Below the pieces are notes generated by a model, which saw nothing but the letters and a program-made list of their open reading frames with translations, was not told where the DNA came from and did no database searches. The position numbers and the translations under genes were made by a program. Below are positions 1 to 7,864 of a stretch of 11,966 nt of DNA, piece by piece. Source of the DNA: Candidatus Cloacimonadota bacterium (GTDB lineage Bacteria > Cloacimonadota > Cloacimonadia > Cloacimonadales > WRIO01); assembly GCA_029564175.1 (NCBI GenBank), contig JAKQQL010000387.1, positions 1-11,966 of the forward strand. The letters are read 5' to 3'. Every line of letters begins with the position of its first letter. Within the stretch, counting starts at the first letter, position 1.

Positions 1-1
1 A

Positions 2-1174
2 ACCAGCGGAGAGGATTTCGACCATCTGTTCGAGGATATGGATTTAAACAGTACCAAACTTGGTAAAACCGCTGAACAACGAAATGAAGTAATAGCAAAA
101 GTTCTGTCGCATCTTGACAAAATAGATTTCCAACTGGAACAATCAAAGATTGATGTACTGGGTGATGCGTATGAGTATTTAATCGGGCAGTTTGCCAGTG
201 GTGCGGGTAAAAAAGCAGGTGAATTTTACACTCCGCAACAAGCATCAAAAATACTTGCACGGATTGTTACACTGGGTAAAACACGAATTAAATCTGCATA
301 TGACCCGACATGCGGGTCAGGTTCTCTTATTCTTCGGTTGGGTAGGATTTGTGATGTGCTGAAGTTCTACGGTCAGGAACGTAACCGTACCACATACAAC
401 CTTTGCCGAATGAACATGATTCTGCATGACGTTCATCACACAAGATTTGACATTAAACTGGAAGATACACTGGAACACCCGCAGCACGATAAACTTGATG
501 CCGAGGCAGTTGTAGCAAATCCGCCATTTTCGGCAAAATGGAGTGCCAGTCCCTTGTTTATGACCGATGACAGGTTCAGCGAATACGGGAAACTTGCACC
601 ATCATCCAAGGCAGACTTTGCCTTCATTCAGCACATGATATACCATCTGGCAGAAAATGGTGTTATGGCTGTCGTAATGCCACATGGTGTTTTGTTTCGT
701 GGTGCTGCTGAGGGTCACATCAGAAAATACCTGATTGAAGAGAAAAACTATCTGGATGCTGTTATCGGACTACCTGCGAACATCTTCTTTGGAACATCCA
801 TACCAACATGCATTCTGGTGTTTAAGAAGTGTAAGGAACATCCAGATGATATTTTATTTATTGATGCCAGCCAACATTTTAAAAAGGTAAAAACGCAAAA
901 TTACCTGCGGGATGAGGATGTGGACAGAATAGTTGACACATATGCTAAACGCATAAAGATTGATAAATATAGTTATGTCGCCAGTCTGGATGAGGTAAGG
1001 GAAAACGATTACAACCTGAACATTCCGAGGTATGTTGACACCTTTGAAGAGGAAGAGCCTGTGGATATTGCTGCTGTTGCCACTGGACTTAAAGAACTGG
1101 AAACGGAAATGCAATCCAACGATGAAATCATTTCTGTGTATTGCAGTGAATTAAACATCCCAACCCCTTTTTAA
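2..1174 (+). CDS. hsdM: Type I restriction-modification methyltransferase subunit M (5'-truncated by window edge)
   Basis: The frame is open from position 2 (TSGEDFDHLFEDMDL...), so the ATG at 38 is internal. Motifs: LGDAYEYLIGQFA, GEFYTP, SAM-binding motif I DPTCGSGS, catalytic motif IV NPPF (amino-methyltransferase), PHGVLFRG and YNLNIPRYV. Confidence 0.97.
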   Translation, partial: TSGEDFDHLFEDMDLNSTKLGKTAEQRNEVIAKVLSHLDKIDFQLEQSKIDVLGDAYEYLIGQFASGAGKKAGEFYTPQQASKILARIVTLGKTRIKSAYDPTCGSGSLILRLGRICDVLKFYGQERNRTTYNLCRMNMILHDVHHTRFDIKLEDTLEHPQHDKLDAEAVVANPPFSAKWSASPLFMTDDRFSEYGKLAPSSKADFAFIQHMIYHLAENGVMAVVMPHGVLFRGAAEGHIRKYLIEEKNYLDAVIGLPANIFFGTSIPTCILVFKKCKEHPDDILFIDASQHFKKVKTQNYLRDEDVDRIVDTYAKRIKIDKYSYVASLDEVRENDYNLNIPRYVDTFEEEEPVDIAAVATGLKELETEMQSNDEIISVYCSELNIPTPF

Positions 1175-1176
1175 CC

Positions 1177-1662
1177 ATGATAAGAATTGGTGACTTGAAA
1201 CTATACGTTGGCTCAAAAGAGGAACAAAGATTTGCCAGTCAAAAGGGCATGAAAATTGTCTGTGCCCTGAATAGAGCAAGTGGATATGTGACTCATCAGT
1301 CTGTTGTTGGTTGGTCTGGCAGAGGATGTAACTCAGACAATCCCTATTATTTGTTCAAACGTGAACCTGATGCTATCTATCTGAATATGATTGATGGGGA
1401 TGACCCAAAATATGTAAATGATGAAATGATTAATCCTGCTCTTGACTTTATTCACAAGCACTTGCAGAGTGGGAACGAGGTCTTTATTTATTGTAGTTTG
1501 GGTGAATCACGAAGTCCGTCAATAGCCTTGATGTACATGTTAGAACATGGATTAATTGAAAGGAATAGCAACACGATTAATCTGTTTCGGACGAAATATT
1601 ATCCAAATTTCGCACCAAAAAATGGCAACCTTTTATATATCAAGAAGAGATGGGGAATATAA
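1177..1662 (+). CDS. Dual-specificity/protein-tyrosine phosphatase superfamily protein (CX5R cysteine phosphatase)
   Basis: P-loop VFIYCSLGESRSPSIALMYM matches V-x-V-H-C-x-x-G-x-S-R-S, with C106, R112 and Tyr in place of His. N-terminal LYVGS resembles the DSP LYLGS strand. A candidate general-acid Asp lies in LNMIDGDD (D73), followed by the ALDFIHKHL helix. Starts 2 nt after the hsdM stop and overlaps the hsdS start by 13 nt. Confidence 0.85.
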   Translation: MIRIGDLKLYVGSKEEQRFASQKGMKIVCALNRASGYVTHQSVVGWSGRGCNSDNPYYLFKREPDAIYLNMIDGDDPKYVNDEMINPALDFIHKHLQSGNEVFIYCSLGESRSPSIALMYMLEHGLIERNSNTINLFRTKYYPNFAPKNGNLLYIKKRWGI

Positions 1663-2876
1663 GCACACCGCAAATTAGATTTCCTGATTTTAAAGAGGAA
1701 TGGATTAATAATTCCTTGGGAGAAATTGCAAAATTTTCGAAAGGCAAAGGAATATCAAAAGAAGACATTTCTGAAACAGGAGAAACTGAATGTATAAGGT
1801 ATGGTGAGTTATATACTACTTACAATGAAACAATTTCCACTGTATTTTCAAAAACAAATATTAATACTTCACACTTGGTTCTAAGTGAAGCCAATGATGT
1901 TATAATCCCTGCTTCTGGTGAAACAGAGGTTGATATCGCTAAAGCATCATGTATATTAAAATCGGGCATTGCTCTCGGTAGTGACTTGAATATAATAAAG
2001 ACGCTTAATAATGGCGTTTTTCTATCATATTATCTGAATAGTAAGAAGAAGATTGATATCGCCAAGTTAGCACAGGGAATATCTGTTGTTCATCTCTACG
2101 CTGGGCAGTTATCAAAATTGCCGTTAAAAATCCCGCCTCTTCCCGAACAACAAAAAATCGCATCCTTTTTCACCGCCATTGACCAGAAAATATCCCAACT
2201 CAAACGCAAGAAAACACTGCTGGAACAATACAAGAAAGGTGTGATGCAGAAAATATTCTCGCAGGGAATCAGATTTAAAGACGATAATGGGCAGGAGTTC
2301 CCGAAGTGGGAGAAAAAGAAGTTAGGAGATGTTTTTACTGAAATCAATGAATCAGTTGGAGAAAGAGATATCCCAACTTATAGTATCACTGCAGGTATTG
2401 GATTTGTGTCACAAAAAGAGAAATTTGGGAGAAACATCTCTGGTCAGCAAAACAAGAACTATACTGTTATAGATGAAGGTCAATTTTCATACAATAAAGG
2501 CAATTCAAAGACATATAAATATGGTTGTGTATACCTAAATGATACTGGGGAAAAGATTGCAGTACCGAATGTATTTATCAGTTTTGAACGTGTAGACCCT
2601 AAAATGTCGACAAAATACTATTCTAAACTTTTTGAAAGTCATTATCTTGATAAAGAACTTCGTAAAATTATTTCCAGTTCTGCAAGAATGGATGGTCTTT
2701 TAAATGTTAACAAGAATTCGTTTTTCAAATTGAAAGTGCCATGCCCGAATCATTATGAGCAGCACAAAATTGGAGATTTCCTTTGTTCTCTGGATAACAA
2801 GATTCAGAACACCCAAAAGCAGATAGAGCAGGCAGAACAGTGGAAGAAGGGTTTGATGCAACAAATGTTTGTATAG
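1650..2876 (+). CDS. hsdS: Type I restriction-modification specificity subunit S (two TRDs)
   Basis: Starts PQIRFPDFKEEW...LGEI. Two variable TRDs are each followed by a conserved repeat: PPLPEQQKIASFFTAIDQKI...KKGVMQKIF and PNHYEQHKIGDFLCSLDNKI...KKGLMQQMF. Central linker RFKDDNGQEFPKWEKKKLGDV. Confidence 0.96.
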   Translation: MGNISTPQIRFPDFKEEWINNSLGEIAKFSKGKGISKEDISETGETECIRYGELYTTYNETISTVFSKTNINTSHLVLSEANDVIIPASGETEVDIAKASCILKSGIALGSDLNIIKTLNNGVFLSYYLNSKKKIDIAKLAQGISVVHLYAGQLSKLPLKIPPLPEQQKIASFFTAIDQKISQLKRKKTLLEQYKKGVMQKIFSQGIRFKDDNGQEFPKWEKKKLGDVFTEINESVGERDIPTYSITAGIGFVSQKEKFGRNISGQQNKNYTVIDEGQFSYNKGNSKTYKYGCVYLNDTGEKIAVPNVFISFERVDPKMSTKYYSKLFESHYLDKELRKIISSSARMDGLLNVNKNSFFKLKVPCPNHYEQHKIGDFLCSLDNKIQNTQKQIEQAEQWKKGLMQQMFV

Positions 2877-2931
2877 CTGACTTTTAAAATGTGATGTGGC
2901 GATGATAAATTTCGAAAAAACAGATAAATTT

Positions 2932-2962
2932 TTTGCAAAATCAAACATTTGCCTTATATTTG
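2932..2962 (+). promoter_or_regulatory. Bacteroidota-type housekeeping promoter for the small RNA/abiF/hsdR unit
   Basis: TTTG at 2932-2935 (-33 box), a 19-nt spacer, and TATATTTG at 2955-2962 (-7 box, consensus TAnnTTTG). Confidence 0.7.
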
Positions 2963-2964
2963 CA

Positions 2965-3017
2965 TTAACAGTACCCGTTTTGCATACCATAAGAACTGCA
3001 GGCGGGTCATTTTTTTT
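2965..3017 (+). ncRNA. Putative abiF-associated small RNA (antitoxin or leader hairpin ending in a U-tract)
   Basis: ACCCGTTTTGCA (2973-2984) pairs with TGCAGGCGGGT (2997-3007), with two G-U pairs and one bulge, around a 12-nt loop TACCATAAGAAC. An 8-T run follows at 3010-3017. It lies between a promoter and the abiF ATG, where abiF-associated RNAs are known to occur. Boundaries are approximate. Confidence 0.6.
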
Positions 3018-3025
3018 ATGTAGCT

Positions 3026-3955
3026 ATGCCAAATAAACCCGCCTATACCATAGCCGACCAGTTACAGCTTCTGAAATCACGAGGTATGCTTTTCAGGAAT
3101 GAAGCGCAAGCAGCCGAATTGTTAAAAAACATAAGTTATTACCGATTAAAGGGATATTGGTGGGATATGCAATCCAATTTTACACTGCATACGTTTTTAC
3201 CAAACACATATTTTGAAGACATTGTTGACAGGTACAATTTCGACCGCCAGTTGAGACTTATTCTGTTCGATGCCATTGAACGCATTGAAATCGCTCTGCG
3301 TACAAAGATGATATATTACATGTCTGTAAGTTATGGTGGATTGTGGTATTTAGACCCCGCATTTTTCGAGAATACAACCATTACGCTGAATGGTGGTATA
3401 ATTAAAACCATTCATCAAAACACTTTGGATGAATTGAAGAAAGAATTTGACAGAAGTCAGGAAAGTTTCATTAAAGACCATCGCTTTCGTTACCCAAATA
3501 AGTATGCAGACGCATGGAAGACCTTGGAGGTGGCTTCAATGGGGACGCTCTCAAAATTTTATAAAAACCTGAAACACCAGTTACCTGAAAAAGCCGCCAT
3601 CGCAAAAGAAATGGGATTGAACCTGCACAGTGAACTTTCCAGTTGGCTGGAAGCTATTGCTTATGTCAGGAATATTATAGCTCATCATTCCCGTTTGTGG
3701 AGCAGGAATATGGTAAAAAGACCTGTCGAAAAATTAAATAATCCTGTCGGGAAATGGTTCGTCAATCCACTTCTTCCCGTTCAGGTAAAGAAACCGTTTC
3801 TTATTATTTCGTGCATGGTCTATTTGTGTAACGAGATAACTCCAAACAATCAGATTAGGAGCAAAATACACGAACTTATAAAATCAAATCCATCAATACC
3901 GATATATAAACTGGGATTTTTGAACAACTGGTATAAAGAACCTCTTTGGCAATGA
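3026..3955 (+). CDS. Abi family (AbiF/AbiD-like, Abi_2) HEPN ribonuclease
   Basis: Family motifs TIADQLQLLKSRGM, ISYYRLKGY, YNFDRQLRLILFDAIERIEIALRT and WKTLEVASMGTLSKFY. HEPN R-x4-H motif RNIIAHHSRLW (R215/H220, nt 3668-3685). Confidence 0.92.
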   Translation: MPNKPAYTIADQLQLLKSRGMLFRNEAQAAELLKNISYYRLKGYWWDMQSNFTLHTFLPNTYFEDIVDRYNFDRQLRLILFDAIERIEIALRTKMIYYMSVSYGGLWYLDPAFFENTTITLNGGIIKTIHQNTLDELKKEFDRSQESFIKDHRFRYPNKYADAWKTLEVASMGTLSKFYKNLKHQLPEKAAIAKEMGLNLHSELSSWLEAIAYVRNIIAHHSRLWSRNMVKRPVEKLNNPVGKWFVNPLLPVQVKKPFLIISCMVYLCNEITPNNQIRSKIHELIKSNPSIPIYKLGFLNNWYKEPLWQ

Positions 3956-6804
3956 GCAAGCAACCCGAACTGATACTCGAAGAACAACTGATTGCCAAAC
4001 TTCAGGAATTGGGGTATGCACTGGTCTATGTGCAGAATGAAACAGAATTAATTGCCAACCTGAAGAAACAGTTAGAAAAACACAACAATATTGTTTTCTC
4101 CGACAAGGAATTTGAAAAGGTTTTAAACATCCTCAGCAAGGGTTCAGTATTCGAAAAAGCCAAAACACTCCGTGAAAAACAGCATATAATCAGAGACAAT
4201 GGTGACAACCTGTATTTTGAGTTCATCAATACCGAACAGTGGTGTCAGAATCAGTATCAGGTCACCCATCAGGTCTCGATGGAAGGCAAATACAAGAACC
4301 GTTATGATGTAACACTACTTATCAATGGTCTGCCATTAGTTCAGATTGAATTAAAGCGTAGGGGACTGGAACTTAAAGAAGCGTTTAATCAGGTCAACAG
4401 GTATCAGCGACATTCCTTCAGTAGCAGTTATGGGTTGTTTCAATACATCCAAATATTTGTAATCAGTAATGGTGTAAACACGAAATACTATGCCAATAAC
4501 CGCTTCCAGTCATTTAAACAGACATTTTACTGGACGGACATTGAAAATAAACGGCTTACCAACATATTAAACGGTTTCGCATCCGACTTCTTGGAGAAGT
4601 GTCATATCTCAAAGATGATATGCAAGTATATCGTATTGAACGAAACATCCAAGATACTGATGGTTCTTCGCCCCTACCAGTATTATGCTGTTGAGGCATT
4701 GGTGGACAGGGTAATTCACAGCCGAAAGAACGGATATATCTGGCATACCACTGGGTCTGGTAAAACACTGACATCTTTCAAGGCAAGCCAGATACTTACT
4801 CGTTTGCCTAAGATTAAGAAAGTTGTGTTTGTGGTCGACAGAAAAGATTTGGACTACCAGACAACAAAAGAGTTCAACAGTTTCAGCAAGGGCAGTGTTG
4901 ACGGAACTGACAACACCAGACAACTGGTCAGACAATTCACTGATGATACAAAACTGATTGTAACCACTATCCAGAAACTTAATGCAGCCATAAGTAAAAA
5001 ACATTTTCTGGAACGGATGAAGCCACTTCAGGATGAACGAATCGTTTTCATCTTCGATGAGTGCCACCGCAGCCAGTTTGGTGAAACACACCAGCGTATT
5101 ATTTCATTCTTCAGGAACATCCAGATGTTTGGTTTCACTGGCACACCCATTTTTGCTGAAAATGCCGTGAAAAACGAATTGGGTAAAAAGACAACAAAGG
5201 AATTATTCGGGGAGTGCCTTCACAAATATGTGATAACCGATGCTATCAGGGATGAGAATGTGCTGAAATTCTCGGTTGAATATGTTGGCAGGTACAGGAA
5301 CAGGGATAGTGCCAATGAAATTGATATTCAGGTCGAGGATATTGATGTTGATGAACTGATGGAATCACAGGCACGGCTTGAGAAAATTGTTGACTATATC
5401 ATTGCCAATCATAATAGAAAAACGCATAGCAGGGAATTTACAGCCATGTTCTGCGTCAGTAGTATTCCAGCATTGATTCGCTATTACGAGTTGTTATATC
5501 GCAAGAAAATGCTCGGAAATCACGATTTAAAGATTGCCACCATATTCAGTTATATTGCCAACGAAGATGATGTTGATGCCAATGGATTTATCCCAGAGGA
5601 AATTTCAGTTGCAGCCGAACCAGAGATTGCCTATGCAACCAATCCACATACCCGTGAAAAACTCGATGAGTTTATCGGACATTACAACCAGATGTTCGGG
5701 TCAGCGTTTTCAACACGAGACAGTCAGAGTTTCTACAACTATTACAATGATATCAGCAAGAAGGTAAAAGAGCGTAAGATTGACATCTTGCTGGTAGTAA
5801 ACATGTACCTGACAGGATTTGACAGTCCGTCACTCAATACTCTTTATGTTGATAAGAATCTGAGGTATCACGGATTGATACAGGCATATTCCCGAACCAA
5901 CCGCATCCTGAATGAACTGAAATCACAGGGCAACATTGTGGTGTTCCGTAACCTGAAAAATGCTACCGATGAAGCCATCACCCTTTTCAGCAACAAAGAT
6001 GCCATCGAGGAAATCATAATGAAGCCGTATGATGAGTACGTAAAGTCATTTAATGATGCTTTTATCAACCTACTGCATATCACCCCTACTGTCGATAGCG
6101 TAAACAATCTGGTCACAGAAGATGATGAACTGAAATTCATCATAGCCTTCAGGGATTTAATGCGTATTAAAAACGTTTTAGCATCCTTCTCCGACTTCAA
6201 GTGGAGCGATTTGTCGATGACAGAACAGCAGTTCGAAGATTATAAGAGTAAGTATCTCGACCTGCATGATAAAGTAAAAAGCGAACACGCAAAAGAGAAA
6301 GTAAGCATACTCGAAGACGTTGATTTTGAACTGGAACTTATTCACCGTGACGAAATCAATGTTGCATACATTATTCGTCTTCTTATCAAACTTAAAGCCA
6401 ACCAGAAGAAAGATGCGGAGCAGATTGAAAAGGAAATATTCAACCTGTTGAACACTGAAATGCAATTGCGGAGCAAGAAGGAACTGATTGAAAAGTTCAT
6501 CAGGGAAAACATGCCTGTTATTTTGGATACTGATGATATACCACAGGAATTTGAAAAGTACTGGACGGTGGAGCAGGAAAAAGCATTCCTGAAAATGGTT
6601 GAAGAAGAAAAATTATCGAAAGAAAAAACACAAACATTGATTGAAAATTACCTGTATTCCGAACAAGAACCGATGCGGGATGATATTTTAGAACTGCTTG
6701 ATGGAGAAAAGCCAACCTTGCTTCAACGTAAAACAACTGGTGAAAGAATACTAAGACGGATAATTGATTTTGTTGAGACGTTTATTAACGGTATATCAGG
6801 ATAA
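3952..6804 (+). CDS. hsdR: Type I restriction endonuclease subunit R (EcoR124I-like)
   Basis: Nuclease motif RYDVTLLINGLPLVQIELK...QVNRY. Helicase motifs LRPYQ, WHTTGSGKT (Walker A), DECHRS, FTGTP, LTGFD, LYVDK and QAYSRTNR. C-terminal DFELELIHRDEINVAYI resembles the EcoR124I C-terminal region. The start is placed at ATG 3952 (ATGA overlap with the Abi stop) rather than TTG 3946. Confidence 0.97.
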   Translation: MSKQPELILEEQLIAKLQELGYALVYVQNETELIANLKKQLEKHNNIVFSDKEFEKVLNILSKGSVFEKAKTLREKQHIIRDNGDNLYFEFINTEQWCQNQYQVTHQVSMEGKYKNRYDVTLLINGLPLVQIELKRRGLELKEAFNQVNRYQRHSFSSSYGLFQYIQIFVISNGVNTKYYANNRFQSFKQTFYWTDIENKRLTNILNGFASDFLEKCHISKMICKYIVLNETSKILMVLRPYQYYAVEALVDRVIHSRKNGYIWHTTGSGKTLTSFKASQILTRLPKIKKVVFVVDRKDLDYQTTKEFNSFSKGSVDGTDNTRQLVRQFTDDTKLIVTTIQKLNAAISKKHFLERMKPLQDERIVFIFDECHRSQFGETHQRIISFFRNIQMFGFTGTPIFAENAVKNELGKKTTKELFGECLHKYVITDAIRDENVLKFSVEYVGRYRNRDSANEIDIQVEDIDVDELMESQARLEKIVDYIIANHNRKTHSREFTAMFCVSSIPALIRYYELLYRKKMLGNHDLKIATIFSYIANEDDVDANGFIPEEISVAAEPEIAYATNPHTREKLDEFIGHYNQMFGSAFSTRDSQSFYNYYNDISKKVKERKIDILLVVNMYLTGFDSPSLNTLYVDKNLRYHGLIQAYSRTNRILNELKSQGNIVVFRNLKNATDEAITLFSNKDAIEEIIMKPYDEYVKSFNDAFINLLHITPTVDSVNNLVTEDDELKFIIAFRDLMRIKNVLASFSDFKWSDLSMTEQQFEDYKSKYLDLHDKVKSEHAKEKVSILEDVDFELELIHRDEINVAYIIRLLIKLKANQKKDAEQIEKEIFNLLNTEMQLRSKKELIEKFIRENMPVILDTDDIPQEFEKYWTVEQEKAFLKMVEEEKLSKEKTQTLIENYLYSEQEPMRDDILELLDGEKPTLLQRKTTGERILRRIIDFVETFINGISG

Positions 6805-6849
6805 TATACTACATCAACTAAATCATTACTTTATGTATTGATATTAATA

Positions 6850-7089
6850 CTATTCAATTCCTTCAAAGAATTGAGTAACGGTTAATTCCGTTGCATCAAT
6901 GCATTTTAATAGTGTCAAAATATTGTATAATCCATTTTTCTCAAGGTGGTACAGGCTATTAGGATGGATACACGCTAATTCGCTGAACTCCCGTTGTGTA
7001 AGTCCCTCGTTTAATCGCCAGTTCTTTATGAACGAACTAATTTCTTCGATTCGTTTTTGCTGGTAGTCTGGTATCTCTTTTTCGGACAT
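6850..7089 (-). CDS. XRE/Cro-family helix-turn-helix transcriptional regulator
   Basis: IKNWRLNEGLTQREFSELACIHPNSLYHLEK...TLLKCIDATELTVTQFFEGI is a typical HTH_3 pattern, 79 aa. Confidence 0.85.
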   Translation of the reverse strand: MSEKEIPDYQQKRIEEISSFIKNWRLNEGLTQREFSELACIHPNSLYHLEKNGLYNILTLLKCIDATELTVTQFFEGIE

Positions 7090-7338
7090 TCTGTAACATC
7101 ATTTCCCATAAATACTGTCACATCGTGTTGTGGATTTATTTGTACCAAAATTTATTCTAAGGGTACTCTGGTGTTCTGAAACCTACGGTTTTCGGAGTAA
7201 TTTGGACAGTTGAAACCGTTTAAAAACATCAAATTAACGCTAATTTCCCCCTATTTTCATCGACTTCACCTGAAAAATAGTCCCAGCAAGTGTCTCCGCA
7301 CGGTCAAATTCTGAAATAACCTGTGGAAATAAGAAAAG

Positions 7339-7587
7339 TTAGTCCAGTTCATCGAAGAATTGGCTTATGCTCAGGTGATAATAATTCAGTACACGTACAA
7401 GAGTTAGAAGTTGAAAATTAATCCGCCCTAACTCCATTCTATTCAGGGTATTACGTGGTACACCCATTTCCTTAGCTGTTTTTACATAGGTATTACCCCT
7501 TTCTGCCCTTAGTTTCTGCAATTTCTTGCCGATTTTAACTAATAGTTCTTTTTGTTCTGAGGGTATTGCATCAGATTTTTTCACCAC
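7339..7587 (-). CDS. XRE/Cro-family helix-turn-helix transcriptional regulator
   Basis: IGKKLQKLRAERGNTYVKTAKEMGVPRNTLNRMELGRINFQLLTLVRVLNYYHLSISQFFDEL. The likely start is GTG at 7587 or 7584, because the 35 extra codons in the ORF track run across the divergent promoter and operators. Confidence 0.85.
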   Translation of the reverse strand: MVKKSDAIPSEQKELLVKIGKKLQKLRAERGNTYVKTAKEMGVPRNTLNRMELGRINFQLLTLVRVLNYYHLSISQFFDELD

Positions 7588-7596
7588 TTTTTTCTG

Positions 7597-7671
7597 TAAA
7601 TATAAAAATAAAACACATACAAGTGTGTTCGGTAATAATTCTTTATTATATTTGCACACATAAATGTGTTC
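7597..7671. promoter_or_regulatory. Divergent promoter region with two related palindromic operators
   Basis: Plus-strand -7 box TATATTTG at 7647-7654 and a minus-strand variant TATATTTA at 7604-7597. Repeats ACATACAAGTGTGTTC (7615-7630) and ACACATAAATGTGTTC (7656-7671) are 13/16 identical and each has dyad symmetry. Confidence 0.65.
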
Positions 7672-7672
7672 A

Positions 7673-7858
7673 ATGAATAAAAAGCAAATCAAAATTCATC
7701 ACCAGTTCATAAACTTCGACAGCGATGGAAGCACCCGTTTCTTAATTCTGATTGAACTCGATGGAAATCGACCAATAAAAAGTTACGTGGTGGAACTGCC
7801 TTCGGATTTTTTATTTTACGATGATAAGTATCCGTATTATATTATTTATTCTAACTAA
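7673..7858 (+). CDS. Small hypothetical protein (61 aa)
   Basis: The ATG at 7673 follows the TATATTTG promoter box, and the ORF ends 6 nt before the recombinase ATG, consistent with an operon. No recognisable motif. Confidence 0.5.
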   Translation: MNKKQIKIHHQFINFDSDGSTRFLILIELDGNRPIKSYVVELPSDFLFYDDKYPYYIIYSN

Positions 7859-7864
7859 TTAAAT

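Noticed and set aside
2880..3025. CRISPR-like or tandem repeat array upstream of the HEPN gene (Cas13-like or ToxIN-like)
   Set aside because: Only one hairpin unit and a partial echo in the CDS are present. There is no repeat-spacer periodicity, and the protein is 309 aa with a single R-x4-H motif.
436..6736. Short antisense or alternate-frame ORFs inside hsdM, hsdS and hsdR (436-627, 854-1114, 2096-2347, 2700-2990, 4026-4229, 4556-4774, 4609-5091, 5534-5767, 5868-6200, 6178-6465, 6518-6736)
   Set aside because: They overlap well-supported genes entirely or largely and show no motifs. They are most likely shadow ORFs.
7176..7195. Imperfect dyad CTGAAACC-TAC-GGTTTTCGG between the XRE genes
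   Set aside because: It is short and imperfect, with no U-tract or second copy, so no function can be supported.
7588..7692. N-terminal 35-aa extension of the second XRE ORF
   Set aside because: It spans the divergent promoter and operators and overlaps the opposite ORF. A GTG start at 7587 or 7584 gives a normal-sized XRE protein.
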